Shown here one piece after another: positions 9,722 through 18,696 of a stretch of DNA of 64,000 nt (its first letter is position 1; every line of letters begins with the position of its first letter). The notes below the pieces were generated by a model. That model searched no databases. It was not told the origin of the DNA and worked only from the letters and a program-made list of their open reading frames with translations. Made by a program: the position numbers and the translations under genes. The stretch is taken from positions 23,350-87,349 of the forward strand of contig SYDY01000026.1 of NCBI GenBank assembly GCA_005801425.1, written 5' to 3'. Source of the DNA: Bdellovibrionales bacterium. Lineage in GTDB: Bacteria > Myxococcota > XYA12-FULL-58-9 > SYDY01.

Positions 9722-10909
9722 ATGAATACGTATCACCGCGTTTTTTGTATCCTGACCACGGCATTATCTGTCACAAACTTTTTGGCATGCAATTATGCAA
9801 ATCGTGGTGCGAATTGTGACAATCCACAAGCCGAATGTTCCTCAGACAAATATCCCGAAGGAACATCACGCTTGGTCGTGGATCCTCCACTGGGCTTAGG
9901 CTTTGCATGCGTGAGTCTCGGATGTGACGAAACACAGTCCATGATGTTGTCCAACGCAGGTGATAGCGTTGTGCATGTGACCGATCTGCGTATCGTTTCG
10001 GAAACATCCGATGATTTTATAGTCTCACTGTGGCGTGTGCACGAGGATGGTTACCGTATTGCTGATTATTGGCCCACGCAAGCGCATCCACTTGCCATTC
10101 CGGCCCATGAGCGTGTCGAAATGCGTGTACGTTACAAGCCAACGGATATCCACAGCGATGCGGGGATTGTTCGTTTGGCATGGTTTGATGGGCTTAATGC
10201 AGGGCCGTTAGGAGAACCTTCGCGTATTACACTTCCACTTCGCGCACGTACCTTGCAAGCTGCATCTGCCCACATCGAGTCGCCTGAATTGCGTTTTGGT
10301 TACGTAGAACTTGGCGAATTGTCACAGATGCCTGTGCGCATTAAGAATATCAGTCAGCGTGATTCTATTTTAGAAATAACACGCATGGATACTTCTGCGC
10401 TTCCGCAGGGTGTGTGGATCTTGCCAGGCTATTCGCCTACGGCCAACGCAGGAGAAACGTTGAGTATTCCTCTCGTGTATCGACCCAGTACGCTTGCGCC
10501 ATCCATCGGGCATTTAACGGTATTTACCAACGACCCCAGTCAACCCTCGCTCCGTATCGATGTGCAGGGGACTTCGCTTGCCGATGGACAATTTGTATTA
10601 AGTGCGGCCACCCTGCCTGTGCTTGATATTGTGCTTGATGATCCAACCGAGCCCTTTAAAGTAACGGTCGTTGTGCAAAATGTGGGCGGTATGTCTGCCA
10701 TTGCGCGCCCAGAGGTGGTGGCCTCCCATATTTTTGGTTACGATGTGTTGTTCCCGAATGGTGGTGTGCAAACCATGGTTGAACCTTTTGGATTTGCTGC
10801 ATTTGAAGTCAATTTTGTACCGCAATCGCTCGATGATTCAGAACCGCGTATTGTCGTTGGGGATGGGGCCGTGGTTCGACTGCGGCCTCGCATTCGTGTT
10901 GTACCGTAG
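9722..10909 (+). CDS. Lipoprotein with choice-of-anchor-D/ASH-like Ig domains
   Basis: FLAC lipobox, ELRFGYV, IKN and FTNDP motifs; paralogous to the next gene. Confidence 0.68.
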   Translation: MNTYHRVFCILTTALSVTNFLACNYANRGANCDNPQAECSSDKYPEGTSRLVVDPPLGLGFACVSLGCDETQSMMLSNAGDSVVHVTDLRIVSETSDDFIVSLWRVHEDGYRIADYWPTQAHPLAIPAHERVEMRVRYKPTDIHSDAGIVRLAWFDGLNAGPLGEPSRITLPLRARTLQAASAHIESPELRFGYVELGELSQMPVRIKNISQRDSILEITRMDTSALPQGVWILPGYSPTANAGETLSIPLVYRPSTLAPSIGHLTVFTNDPSQPSLRIDVQGTSLADGQFVLSAATLPVLDIVLDDPTEPFKVTVVVQNVGGMSAIARPEVVASHIFGYDVLFPNGGVQTMVEPFGFAAFEVNFVPQSLDDSEPRIVVGDGAVVRLRPRIRVVP

Positions 10910-10953
10910 TGGCGTAGCTTGCTGCGCCATGACAACGCTTCGGGGGAGGCGCT

Positions 10954-13035
10954 ATGGCGACAAAAATTGGGAGGCATGTGCTGTGGCTTGGGCTGTTGCT
11001 GGAGCTTGCAGCGTGTGAGCGCGGCGGTCGTGCGGTGGTATGCAACGAGGATGGGGCGTCCTGTGTCTCCGGCTCGGTCGGTCTTGGTGATCCTCGGCTG
11101 TATGCGGATCCCCCTTATGGTTTGGGTTTTGCGTGTGTGGAGATCGGTTGTGATGAAGAGCAGATCATCACATTAAGCAATCGTGGACGTCCTGATGTGA
11201 TGATTACAAAGCTTCGTGTGCGCACGGAGACGTCTCCCGATATGCACGTGCGCCTTGTAAAAAATGCAGGAACATCCACCGAGCAAGAAATTCCATGGCC
11301 AACGACCGCAGCACCGTATCGTTTGCGCGATGACACCCTCGACCTTGCTGTGCGTTACACACCGAGAGATGCTATCAGCGACAGTGGTTTGATTGACGTG
11401 GAATGGTATGATGGCGAAGTAAAAGACGGAAGCGCCAAGATTATTCACGAAGAATTGCCGTTGCGCGCGCGTTCATTGGGGGATGCGACTGCATTGCTTG
11501 AACCTAGCACGGTGTCATTTGGCTATGTTGCGGTAGAGGCACACAGTGATGCGGTGATCCGCATTAAAAATATTTCCACCGAAAATTCGGTTCTTGTCAT
11601 TCATAGTGTGGATATCTCACGTTTGCCTGTCTCCATGCATTTGGGTCTTGGTTGGAATAACATGGCCAATTCAGAACATGCGATTGAGATCCCGTTGTCG
11701 TTTTTGCCCACCGAATTGGGGGGATTTTTCGGCGATGTGGTCCTGCACACCAATGATCCTCAAAATCCGGAATTGACAGTGAAGATACAAGGGACATCGC
11801 TTCCCATGGGGCAATTGGTACGCAGACAACCATTTTCAGGCATTGCGGATTTTAGAGAAAAGCGTGTTGATGAGCATGCCTCGGTGACCATGGTCGTGCA
11901 AAACATCGGTGGAACCTCCATGGATGTGCGACCGATCATTGAAGGGACAGGCAATCACGGTTTTTCTTTGCTGATGCCGGGGGATGTGCCGGAGGTCGCA
12001 CTTGCACCTTTTGCCATGCTTTCGTTTCAGGTGGTGTTGCACGTTCTGGTTCCGGGTGATGCGACGGTGGATGTGATTGCCAGTGACACCGCCCGTTTGC
12101 GTGCTCATGTCACAGGGCTGGCACCGCATTTGACGGTGACGCCTGTTGCCATGCGGTTTGCGCCGATTGCACAGGGCTGGCTTTCAGAACCCACGATGAT
12201 GCAATTGAAAAACGATGGGTATGGTCCGCTCACCATTTGGGATATCGCATCGTGGGGCAATACCGAAGCCATTCGTGTCATGACAACACCTGATTTTCCA
12301 TTGACACTGTGGCCTGGCGAACCTGCCATTGAGATCCCTGTGGTGATCCGTGGTTTGGATTTGGGGGCTGTGAATGGTGAAGTTCGGATCCGCAGCGATT
12401 CCATCGATACGTCGGTGTATCGCGTGTTGGTCTCAGGGCAGGTAAGTTCATGCAATGAGGTTTGTTTTACGCCCCATGCAACACCAAGTTGCATGTCCGG
12501 AACGTGCACCATCCAGCAGTGCGACGCGGGCTGGTACAATATGGATGAAGCAAACGTGAACAACTGGCGCAATGGATGTGAATGCCAAGCCGAACGTGAT
12601 GGCCGAGATATCGCGGGCAATTGCGCCGATGGGTTTGATGGTGGCGATGTTGGGGACCGATGCTCATCGGCACCCGACAACAAAACTTTTAAAGGCGTTT
12701 TGCAAAGCGCGACGGATGTGGACGTGTATTACTTTCACAACCGCGATTCGGGTTGTATCGAGGATTTTTTTACGGGCGATTCCTCGGAAAGCCGCGTGAC
12801 ACTTCTCGATGGACCGCCCGGCCTCGCTTTGTGCGCACGTATCAGAAGCAATGGCTCAGGTTGTGGCGATTACACCACCGTTTTTGACCCTTCGGTATGC
12901 GGACAAACGCAATACAGGAAGGGCAATACCTATGGGTCGGATGATTCCCGCGATACGACCTTCTGGCTCTTGTGGCGTCCAGGGGCTGCGCCTGTGTGTC
13001 AGCCTTATGCGGTACAGATAAGTGGCCGGGATTAG
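10954..13035 (+). CDS. Lipoprotein with Ig-like repeats and Cys-rich C-terminal region
   Basis: LAAC lipobox; shares DPPxGLGFACVxxGCDExQ with the previous gene; C-terminal Cys-rich CxxGWYNxD...NGCEC module. Confidence 0.68.
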   Translation: MATKIGRHVLWLGLLLELAACERGGRAVVCNEDGASCVSGSVGLGDPRLYADPPYGLGFACVEIGCDEEQIITLSNRGRPDVMITKLRVRTETSPDMHVRLVKNAGTSTEQEIPWPTTAAPYRLRDDTLDLAVRYTPRDAISDSGLIDVEWYDGEVKDGSAKIIHEELPLRARSLGDATALLEPSTVSFGYVAVEAHSDAVIRIKNISTENSVLVIHSVDISRLPVSMHLGLGWNNMANSEHAIEIPLSFLPTELGGFFGDVVLHTNDPQNPELTVKIQGTSLPMGQLVRRQPFSGIADFREKRVDEHASVTMVVQNIGGTSMDVRPIIEGTGNHGFSLLMPGDVPEVALAPFAMLSFQVVLHVLVPGDATVDVIASDTARLRAHVTGLAPHLTVTPVAMRFAPIAQGWLSEPTMMQLKNDGYGPLTIWDIASWGNTEAIRVMTTPDFPLTLWPGEPAIEIPVVIRGLDLGAVNGEVRIRSDSIDTSVYRVLVSGQVSSCNEVCFTPHATPSCMSGTCTIQQCDAGWYNMDEANVNNWRNGCECQAERDGRDIAGNCADGFDGGDVGDRCSSAPDNKTFKGVLQSATDVDVYYFHNRDSGCIEDFFTGDSSESRVTLLDGPPGLALCARIRSNGSGCGDYTTVFDPSVCGQTQYRKGNTYGSDDSRDTTFWLLWRPGAAPVCQPYAVQISGRD

Positions 13036-13063
13036 AAACGCGTATTTTAAGAATTGTTCTTTT

Positions 13064-13138
13064 GTAGGGGCGGTTCGTGAACCGCCCGATAAGAGTTTGA
13101 GCCAAAGGCCGCATGGGCGCTTCGCGAAGCGCCCCTAC
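13064..13138. repeat. GTAG-type REP doublet (REPIN), 75 bp
   Basis: GTAGGGGCGGTTCGTGAACCGCCC...GGGCGCTTCGCGAAGCGCCCCTAC: two hairpins in inverted orientation. Confidence 0.9.
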
Positions 13139-13177
13139 CCATGACAAGAATGCAATCAAATGCAATAGGAATATAGA

Positions 13178-14110
13178 ATGTTCTTTGTTCGCTTTTTTCT
13201 ATATATTAGCGTGTTGTGTTCTGCGTGCGCCGGCGATGAATTGATCGACGCCCCCGTTGCGCCTTTTTCCAGCGACGATTGGCATATTTCGCCAGCCTCT
13301 GTGGGCGTGCTCGCAAATGGTGGTATGACCTATCTTACGCTCGAAGGAACCACGATCGATGCATACCCAGTTCAATGGACAAGCGATGATCCAAGCATCG
13401 CAACGATCGAAAATGGCACAGTGCAAGGTGTGGGTGTTGGCCAAACGCGGGTGACTGCCACAGTGGAAGGTGTTGTGCTTGAAGCTTGGGTTGGGTCTGT
13501 CGCCACGCAAACAGAGGCCGCTTTTTCTGAAATGAAGGGGTTGCGTGTTGAGCTTGCGCGGGGTGCATCCATGGAACTCAACGTGGGTTTGTATGATGTG
13601 CGTGGTGGCGTTCTCCCCGTGACATCGACCACCTATCATGTGGAGCCCCCGTCGTTGCTTGCATTGCAAAATGGAAAAACAAACACGTTTGAGGGTATCG
13701 CTTCGGGCAAAGCACGTGTTTATGCGATCGTTGATGGGCTCCGAACCTCTTCGGGCATTGTGCATGTGGTGTCACCGGGCGATGGTCGGGTTGCGGTGCT
13801 CGCATACCCAGCACACGGACCGCGTGCGTTAGGTTCGGTGCATGTGCAAGTGCGTGCCGATGCGCGGGTATTGGTGACGATTGATCCTGATTTTCAATCT
13901 GACATTGTGCCGATGACTGAACTTGTTTTTTCGAAGTCGGGTGTTGTTGATCGCAATGTGTTGCGCGTGGGGTTGCTTGATAATCAAGGCGGTCAAGCGT
14001 TTGTTTTAGATCAAGGTGCGGGCCTTTATACGTTTGACTGGGTGCTTGTGTGGTCGGCTTCGGCCAACGTGGTGCTTGCCCGTGGGAGGCTCACCGATGT
14101 TGTGCCGTAA
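13178..14110 (+). CDS. Lipoprotein with bacterial Ig-like (Big_2) domain(s)
   Basis: CSAC lipobox; VQWTSDDPSIATIENGTVQGVGVGQTRVTA is a Big_2 signature. Confidence 0.72.
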   Translation: MFFVRFFLYISVLCSACAGDELIDAPVAPFSSDDWHISPASVGVLANGGMTYLTLEGTTIDAYPVQWTSDDPSIATIENGTVQGVGVGQTRVTATVEGVVLEAWVGSVATQTEAAFSEMKGLRVELARGASMELNVGLYDVRGGVLPVTSTTYHVEPPSLLALQNGKTNTFEGIASGKARVYAIVDGLRTSSGIVHVVSPGDGRVAVLAYPAHGPRALGSVHVQVRADARVLVTIDPDFQSDIVPMTELVFSKSGVVDRNVLRVGLLDNQGGQAFVLDQGAGLYTFDWVLVWSASANVVLARGRLTDVVP

Positions 14111-15116
14111 AGCAAAGTCGTTATCTCTCCTGGTTTGCTGCTTTCCTAAGAAATTTAAATTTAGCAGTTGCTCTATTGTAGGGGCGGTTCGTGAACCGCC
14201 CGATAAAATGTTGATTCAAAGGCCGCAAGGGCGCTTCGCGAAGCGCCCCTACATCAGAAAAATAAGTGGGTTCGGCACGTCTCTCATCTTTTTCTTTCTT
14301 TTTTTTGTCTCACAAACCGCCGTTGCTGCCCCCTGGCTCCAGGACAGCGGTGCAGGTCTTGTTCGATTAAATACGCAGGTATTTCGTTCCTCAAGCTATC
14401 GGGATGTGCGTGGTGATCGTGTGTCCATGCCGACCATGACCGATGTTCGCTTTTCGTTCGATGGTGAATATGGTCTCGGAAAACGTGTGACGTTGTTTGG
14501 GCGTTTGGATTGGCTTGATCACAACAGCATCAATGGGCAGACCGTGCGTGGTTCTGGCTTTTCGATGACCGAGCAAGCGAGCAACACGCAGTTGGGTGAT
14601 GCGGAGCTTGGTCTTCGTATTATGCTAGGCGACTGGGGACGTGGTGTTCTTGCCACAGAACTTGTGCTGGGATTGCCATCGGGTGATTCCAACAACAAAT
14701 ATGGCTTGCAAACCGGCGACGGCGAATTCAATGCGCTTACGGTGGTGAGTTCAGGTTATCGTTTTGAGCGAATTCCTTTGTCATTTTGGGCATACGTGGG
14801 TTTCAATCAGCGCACCCATGGCTTTTCCGACGAAGTACGTATGGGTGGTGAAGCATCTTGGACATCTTGGCGTCTTACGCTGTCGTTTTTTACCCATGCC
14901 ACCTTGCCGTTGCGTAATGGAGATCCCCGTGTTCAGGGCGGCCTTGGTGGCTTGTATGGCAACAACGTACAGGTTGTTTGGCTTGGTGGCCGCATCAATA
15001 TGCGAATGACCGATCATTTCGATGCGATGTTTGCTGTGGAAGATGGCGAAGCCCAAAAAAACGTGCCAAACAAAATGGCGTACCATGGTGGCATAGGCTA
15101 TCGCTGGGGAAATTAA
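14097..15116 (+). CDS. Outer-membrane beta-barrel-like protein; 5' end contains an in-frame REPIN
   Basis: Signal-peptide end AVA-APW, amphipathic beta strands, EYGL, LGDAELG and terminal GIGYRW. ATG 14097 has GGAGG; an alternative ATG at 14208 lies inside the repeat. Confidence 0.65.
   Translation: MLCRKAKSLSLLVCCFPKKFKFSSCSIVGAVREPPDKMLIQRPQGRFAKRPYIRKISGFGTSLIFFFLFFVSQTAVAAPWLQDSGAGLVRLNTQVFRSSSYRDVRGDRVSMPTMTDVRFSFDGEYGLGKRVTLFGRLDWLDHNSINGQTVRGSGFSMTEQASNTQLGDAELGLRIMLGDWGRGVLATELVLGLPSGDSNNKYGLQTGDGEFNALTVVSSGYRFERIPLSFWAYVGFNQRTHGFSDEVRMGGEASWTSWRLTLSFFTHATLPLRNGDPRVQGGLGGLYGNNVQVVWLGGRINMRMTDHFDAMFAVEDGEAQKNVPNKMAYHGGIGYRWGN
14178..14252. repeat. GTAG-type REPIN, 75 bp
   Basis: Same two arms and same length as 13064..13138, with a related spacer (CAAAGGCCGCA shared). 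Confidence 0.9.
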
Positions 15117-16889
15117 ATGACTTTTATTAATATTGCTGCCTATCGATTTGCCCGCGACCTTCCGCTTGAGACCATGCGTAGTGTTCTCTATGCATTGAGC
15201 GACGAATATCATGTGCGTGGCAGTATTTTACTCACCCCCGAAGGCATCAATGTTTTTATTGCGGGCTTTCGCGAGGCTGTTGATGTTATTTTGGACTACT
15301 TGCGATCCTATCCGCAGCTCAAAGATCTGGAAGTGAAAGAAAGTTTGAGCGAAACGCAATCGTTCAATCGGATGGTCGTCAAAATAAAACAAGAAATTAT
15401 TTCTTTTGGGCAGGGCATAGAACCTGATAAATTCACGGGTGCACGTATTAGTCCTGCCATGTTCAAACAATGGCTTGACGAAAATCGCGACATGACCATT
15501 CTCGATACCCGTAACAATTTTGAATACGACGTGGGAAGTTTTGAACGGGCGATCCCAGCCAATATCACAGGGTTTCGTGAATTTACGGAAACCACCGCCC
15601 GTATGCCCGAAGAAGCCAAGAACAAACCCTTGGTGATGTTTTGCACCGGTGGTATTCGATGTGAAAAAGCATCAGCGTATATGATCCAGCATGGCTTTAA
15701 AGATGTGTATCAATTGGATGGTGGGATCTTAAAATATTTTGAAGACGTGGGTGGTGCCCATTATCGGGGTGATTGTTTTGTATTTGACCAACGTGTGGCC
15801 CTGAAGCCCGATCTTACCGCTGCGGACACCAAGCAGTGCTTTGGTTGCCGTGCTGTTTTATCTGCCGAAGATTTGGCCAACCCATTTACTATTCCGGGCG
15901 AGCGTTGTCCCCATTGCGTGGATGCACTTCGGCCAGCCAATCGAATTAAACGCAGATCACGTGCGGAACAAATTCGTGCACGTCTTAACCCATTGCCTGG
16001 GGCATCGCCTGTGACCAATCAGCGGCCTTTAAACATACCGGGGCGTTACGCAGGCATGACTGCGTGGGATTTTTTAACAACACAGCACGGGCATTGTGGT
16101 GAAGATTATTGGAAAAATGCGTTTCAAGAAAAATGCGTGAAATACAAAGATGGCCTTGATGTGGAAGCGCATCACGTTTTGAACGAAGGTGCAGAACTTG
16201 TGGTGTTGGAACCCAATCACATTGAACCTTCGGTGAACACAAGCATTGATGTTCTTTATGAAGACGATGCGATGTTGGTGGTGAATAAGCCTGCACCGCT
16301 TCCTGTGCATCCAAGCGGTCGTTATCACCGCAATACACTGACGCAGTTTTTAGAGGGGATTATCCCTGGTGTGGAATTGCGCCCTGTGCATCGTCTTGAT
16401 GCAGATACAAGTGGTGTATTGATTTTTGCCAAACATGCCGAGGACGCACGTAATCTTTCAATGCAGTTTGAACAACAACAGATCCAAAAAGATTATCTTG
16501 CCGAAGTGGTGGGGTGCCCAGCCCATCAAACCATGGCGTGCACGGTGCCCATTGACGCCTCTGTGCAAACTGCGGGTTCACGTAAAACCAGTGATGCAGG
16601 TTTGAGCGCGCGCACGACGATCAAACTTCTCAAAGAAACGCGTCCAGGTCATAGTTTGTTGCAACTGACACCGCATACAGGACGCACCCATCAACTTCGG
16701 GTGCATCTGGCCCATATGGGTTTGCCTGTGGCAGGCGATCCTGTTTACACCTCAGACGCAGAATCGAACGCGCCGCTAACCTCGGATGCGGGATCCTTGC
16801 GGTTGCACGCCTGGCGCTTGCGTATGCTGCATCCACGATCTGGAAAAGTGCTTACGCTGCATGCACCAAAGCCGGATTGGGCGCGTTGA
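15117..16889 (+). CDS. Fusion of TrhO-type rhodanese (tRNA U34 hydroxylase, UPF0176) and RluA-family pseudouridine synthase
   Basis: N-half: EGIN, LDTRN, FCTGGIRCEKA, QLDGGILKY, CFVFD. C-half: VNKPAPLPVHP, VHRLDADTSG, TGRTHQLRVH, GDPVY, LHAW. Confidence 0.88.
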   Translation: MTFINIAAYRFARDLPLETMRSVLYALSDEYHVRGSILLTPEGINVFIAGFREAVDVILDYLRSYPQLKDLEVKESLSETQSFNRMVVKIKQEIISFGQGIEPDKFTGARISPAMFKQWLDENRDMTILDTRNNFEYDVGSFERAIPANITGFREFTETTARMPEEAKNKPLVMFCTGGIRCEKASAYMIQHGFKDVYQLDGGILKYFEDVGGAHYRGDCFVFDQRVALKPDLTAADTKQCFGCRAVLSAEDLANPFTIPGERCPHCVDALRPANRIKRRSRAEQIRARLNPLPGASPVTNQRPLNIPGRYAGMTAWDFLTTQHGHCGEDYWKNAFQEKCVKYKDGLDVEAHHVLNEGAELVVLEPNHIEPSVNTSIDVLYEDDAMLVVNKPAPLPVHPSGRYHRNTLTQFLEGIIPGVELRPVHRLDADTSGVLIFAKHAEDARNLSMQFEQQQIQKDYLAEVVGCPAHQTMACTVPIDASVQTAGSRKTSDAGLSARTTIKLLKETRPGHSLLQLTPHTGRTHQLRVHLAHMGLPVAGDPVYTSDAESNAPLTSDAGSLRLHAWRLRMLHPRSGKVLTLHAPKPDWAR

Positions 16890-16987
16890 TAGTTGGAGGG
16901 AGGACTTCCAGTCCTCCAACAATGGCCAGCGCGTTGATTCAAAAATTTTCCTGGAACGCCATGATGTGATGCGTTATGCGCTGAAGT

Positions 16988-18643
16988 ATGTCGGTCGCTA
17001 AGACGCTCAAAAAGAAAGAACCCGCTTCATTTCATCTGCTTGATGGGGGCGGGGAGCCATCACGTCGCTATCGTATCACGCCGGATCATAATCTCACCCA
17101 GTATCCCAAAGGGGTTGCCTATATCGTGGGCAACGAAGGGTGCGAGCGTTTCAGCTACTACGGCATGAACGCCATCTTATGGATGTATGTCGCGTTGCTT
17201 TTTGAGCAAACAGGCATTGCCCAAGCACTGGCCGAAAGTCAGGCCACAGTCGTGGTGCATACGTTTAAAGCAGGCGTGTATGCCCTTCCGATGATCGGTG
17301 CCCTCGTGGCCGACCGTCTTCTTGGAAAATACAAAACGATTTTATGGGTGTCGCTTATTTACTGTGCGGGCCATGTGGTGCTTTCGATGACCGAAGGCAG
17401 TCTGCGCGGCATGTACACGGGCCTTGCGCTAATCGCCATAGGTTCTGGTGGCATCAAGCCATGTGTTTCTGCCCATGTTGGCGATCAGTTTGGCCGCGGC
17501 AACCAACACTTGATCGGCCGCGTGTACCAACTTTTTTACTTCATGATCAATTTCGGATCGTTTTTTTCCACACTCCTCACACCGTTGTTTCGTGAGTGGT
17601 GGGGATGGCGTGTGGCATTTGCAATCCCGGGTGCGTTGATGTTTGTTGCGACGCTCGTTTTCTGGATGGGTCGCAATTCCTTTGTGCAAGCCCAGCCAAC
17701 GCCTGGCGGTAAATTGGGCATGCTTGATGTTGCCAGTGGTGGTCTGTTGTTTATGACGTTCGGTTCGTTGTTCTTTACCGCATCGCAATCGCTTGGTGTT
17801 AAATTAGGTGTGAGTGCTGCGTGTTTCGTTTTGGGCTTGCAGATCTTTTTTAAACGCCAGCGCATGCAGCAAGATGACGGATTTCTTGCGGTTATGCTTA
17901 CCAGTTTGCATGCCAAGCTCACAGGCCAAAGTGTGCGTGGTGATTTTTTTGGTGTCGCGCGAAAACGTTTTGGTCAAGAAGCTGCAGCGGGACCCCAGGC
18001 GGTGATGCGTATTATCAGTGTGTTTGGTTTGGTGAGTGTCTTTTGGGCGTTGTTTGATCAACATTCGTCTTCATGGATCCGCCAAGCCACCATGATGGAC
18101 CGCACGTTTTCTTTGCCATGGTTTGGAACGTTCACCATGACCGCCGATCAAATTCCGAGTGTTAATCCTGTTTTGGTCATGGCGCTTATTCCCCTGATCA
18201 GTTTTGGTCTTTATCCGCTCATCGAACGCATAGGCATTGCCATGACGCCTTTGCGACGCATGAGCATGGGTATGCTCATCGCATCGTTTGCCTTTGTCGC
18301 AGTGGCTCTCTTGCAAGGCCGTATTGATGTAGCGCCTGAAGGAAGCATCCATGTGGCGTGGCAACTCATACCTTATGGCATCATTACGGCCGCCGAAGTC
18401 ATGGTGTCGATCACGGGACTTGAGTTTGCTTATAGCCAAGCGCCTGCACGGATGAAATCGACAGTGATGGGATTTTGGCTACTTACCGTAACGGTTGGTA
18501 ATATTATGGTGGCACTGTTGGCTGAGTTTGGGAACCTGGCACTTCGTGATTTTTTCTGGACCTTTGCAGGACTGATGATGCTTGCTGGTTTGCTGTTTTC
18601 CGTGCGGGCCTATTTCTATAAGAGTGTTGATCTTCGCGCTTAA
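16988..18643 (+). CDS. POT/PTR-family proton-dependent oligopeptide transporter
   Basis: NEGCERFSYYG (ExxERFxYY), GGIKP, FYFMINFG and LEFAYSQAP. Confidence 0.93.
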   Translation: MSVAKTLKKKEPASFHLLDGGGEPSRRYRITPDHNLTQYPKGVAYIVGNEGCERFSYYGMNAILWMYVALLFEQTGIAQALAESQATVVVHTFKAGVYALPMIGALVADRLLGKYKTILWVSLIYCAGHVVLSMTEGSLRGMYTGLALIAIGSGGIKPCVSAHVGDQFGRGNQHLIGRVYQLFYFMINFGSFFSTLLTPLFREWWGWRVAFAIPGALMFVATLVFWMGRNSFVQAQPTPGGKLGMLDVASGGLLFMTFGSLFFTASQSLGVKLGVSAACFVLGLQIFFKRQRMQQDDGFLAVMLTSLHAKLTGQSVRGDFFGVARKRFGQEAAAGPQAVMRIISVFGLVSVFWALFDQHSSSWIRQATMMDRTFSLPWFGTFTMTADQIPSVNPVLVMALIPLISFGLYPLIERIGIAMTPLRRMSMGMLIASFAFVAVALLQGRIDVAPEGSIHVAWQLIPYGIITAAEVMVSITGLEFAYSQAPARMKSTVMGFWLLTVTVGNIMVALLAEFGNLALRDFFWTFAGLMMLAGLLFSVRAYFYKSVDLRA

Positions 18644-18696
18644 TAACGTGTTCACGATTCAGAATACCGATTGAAAAACTTGGGGGGGGACCCATA

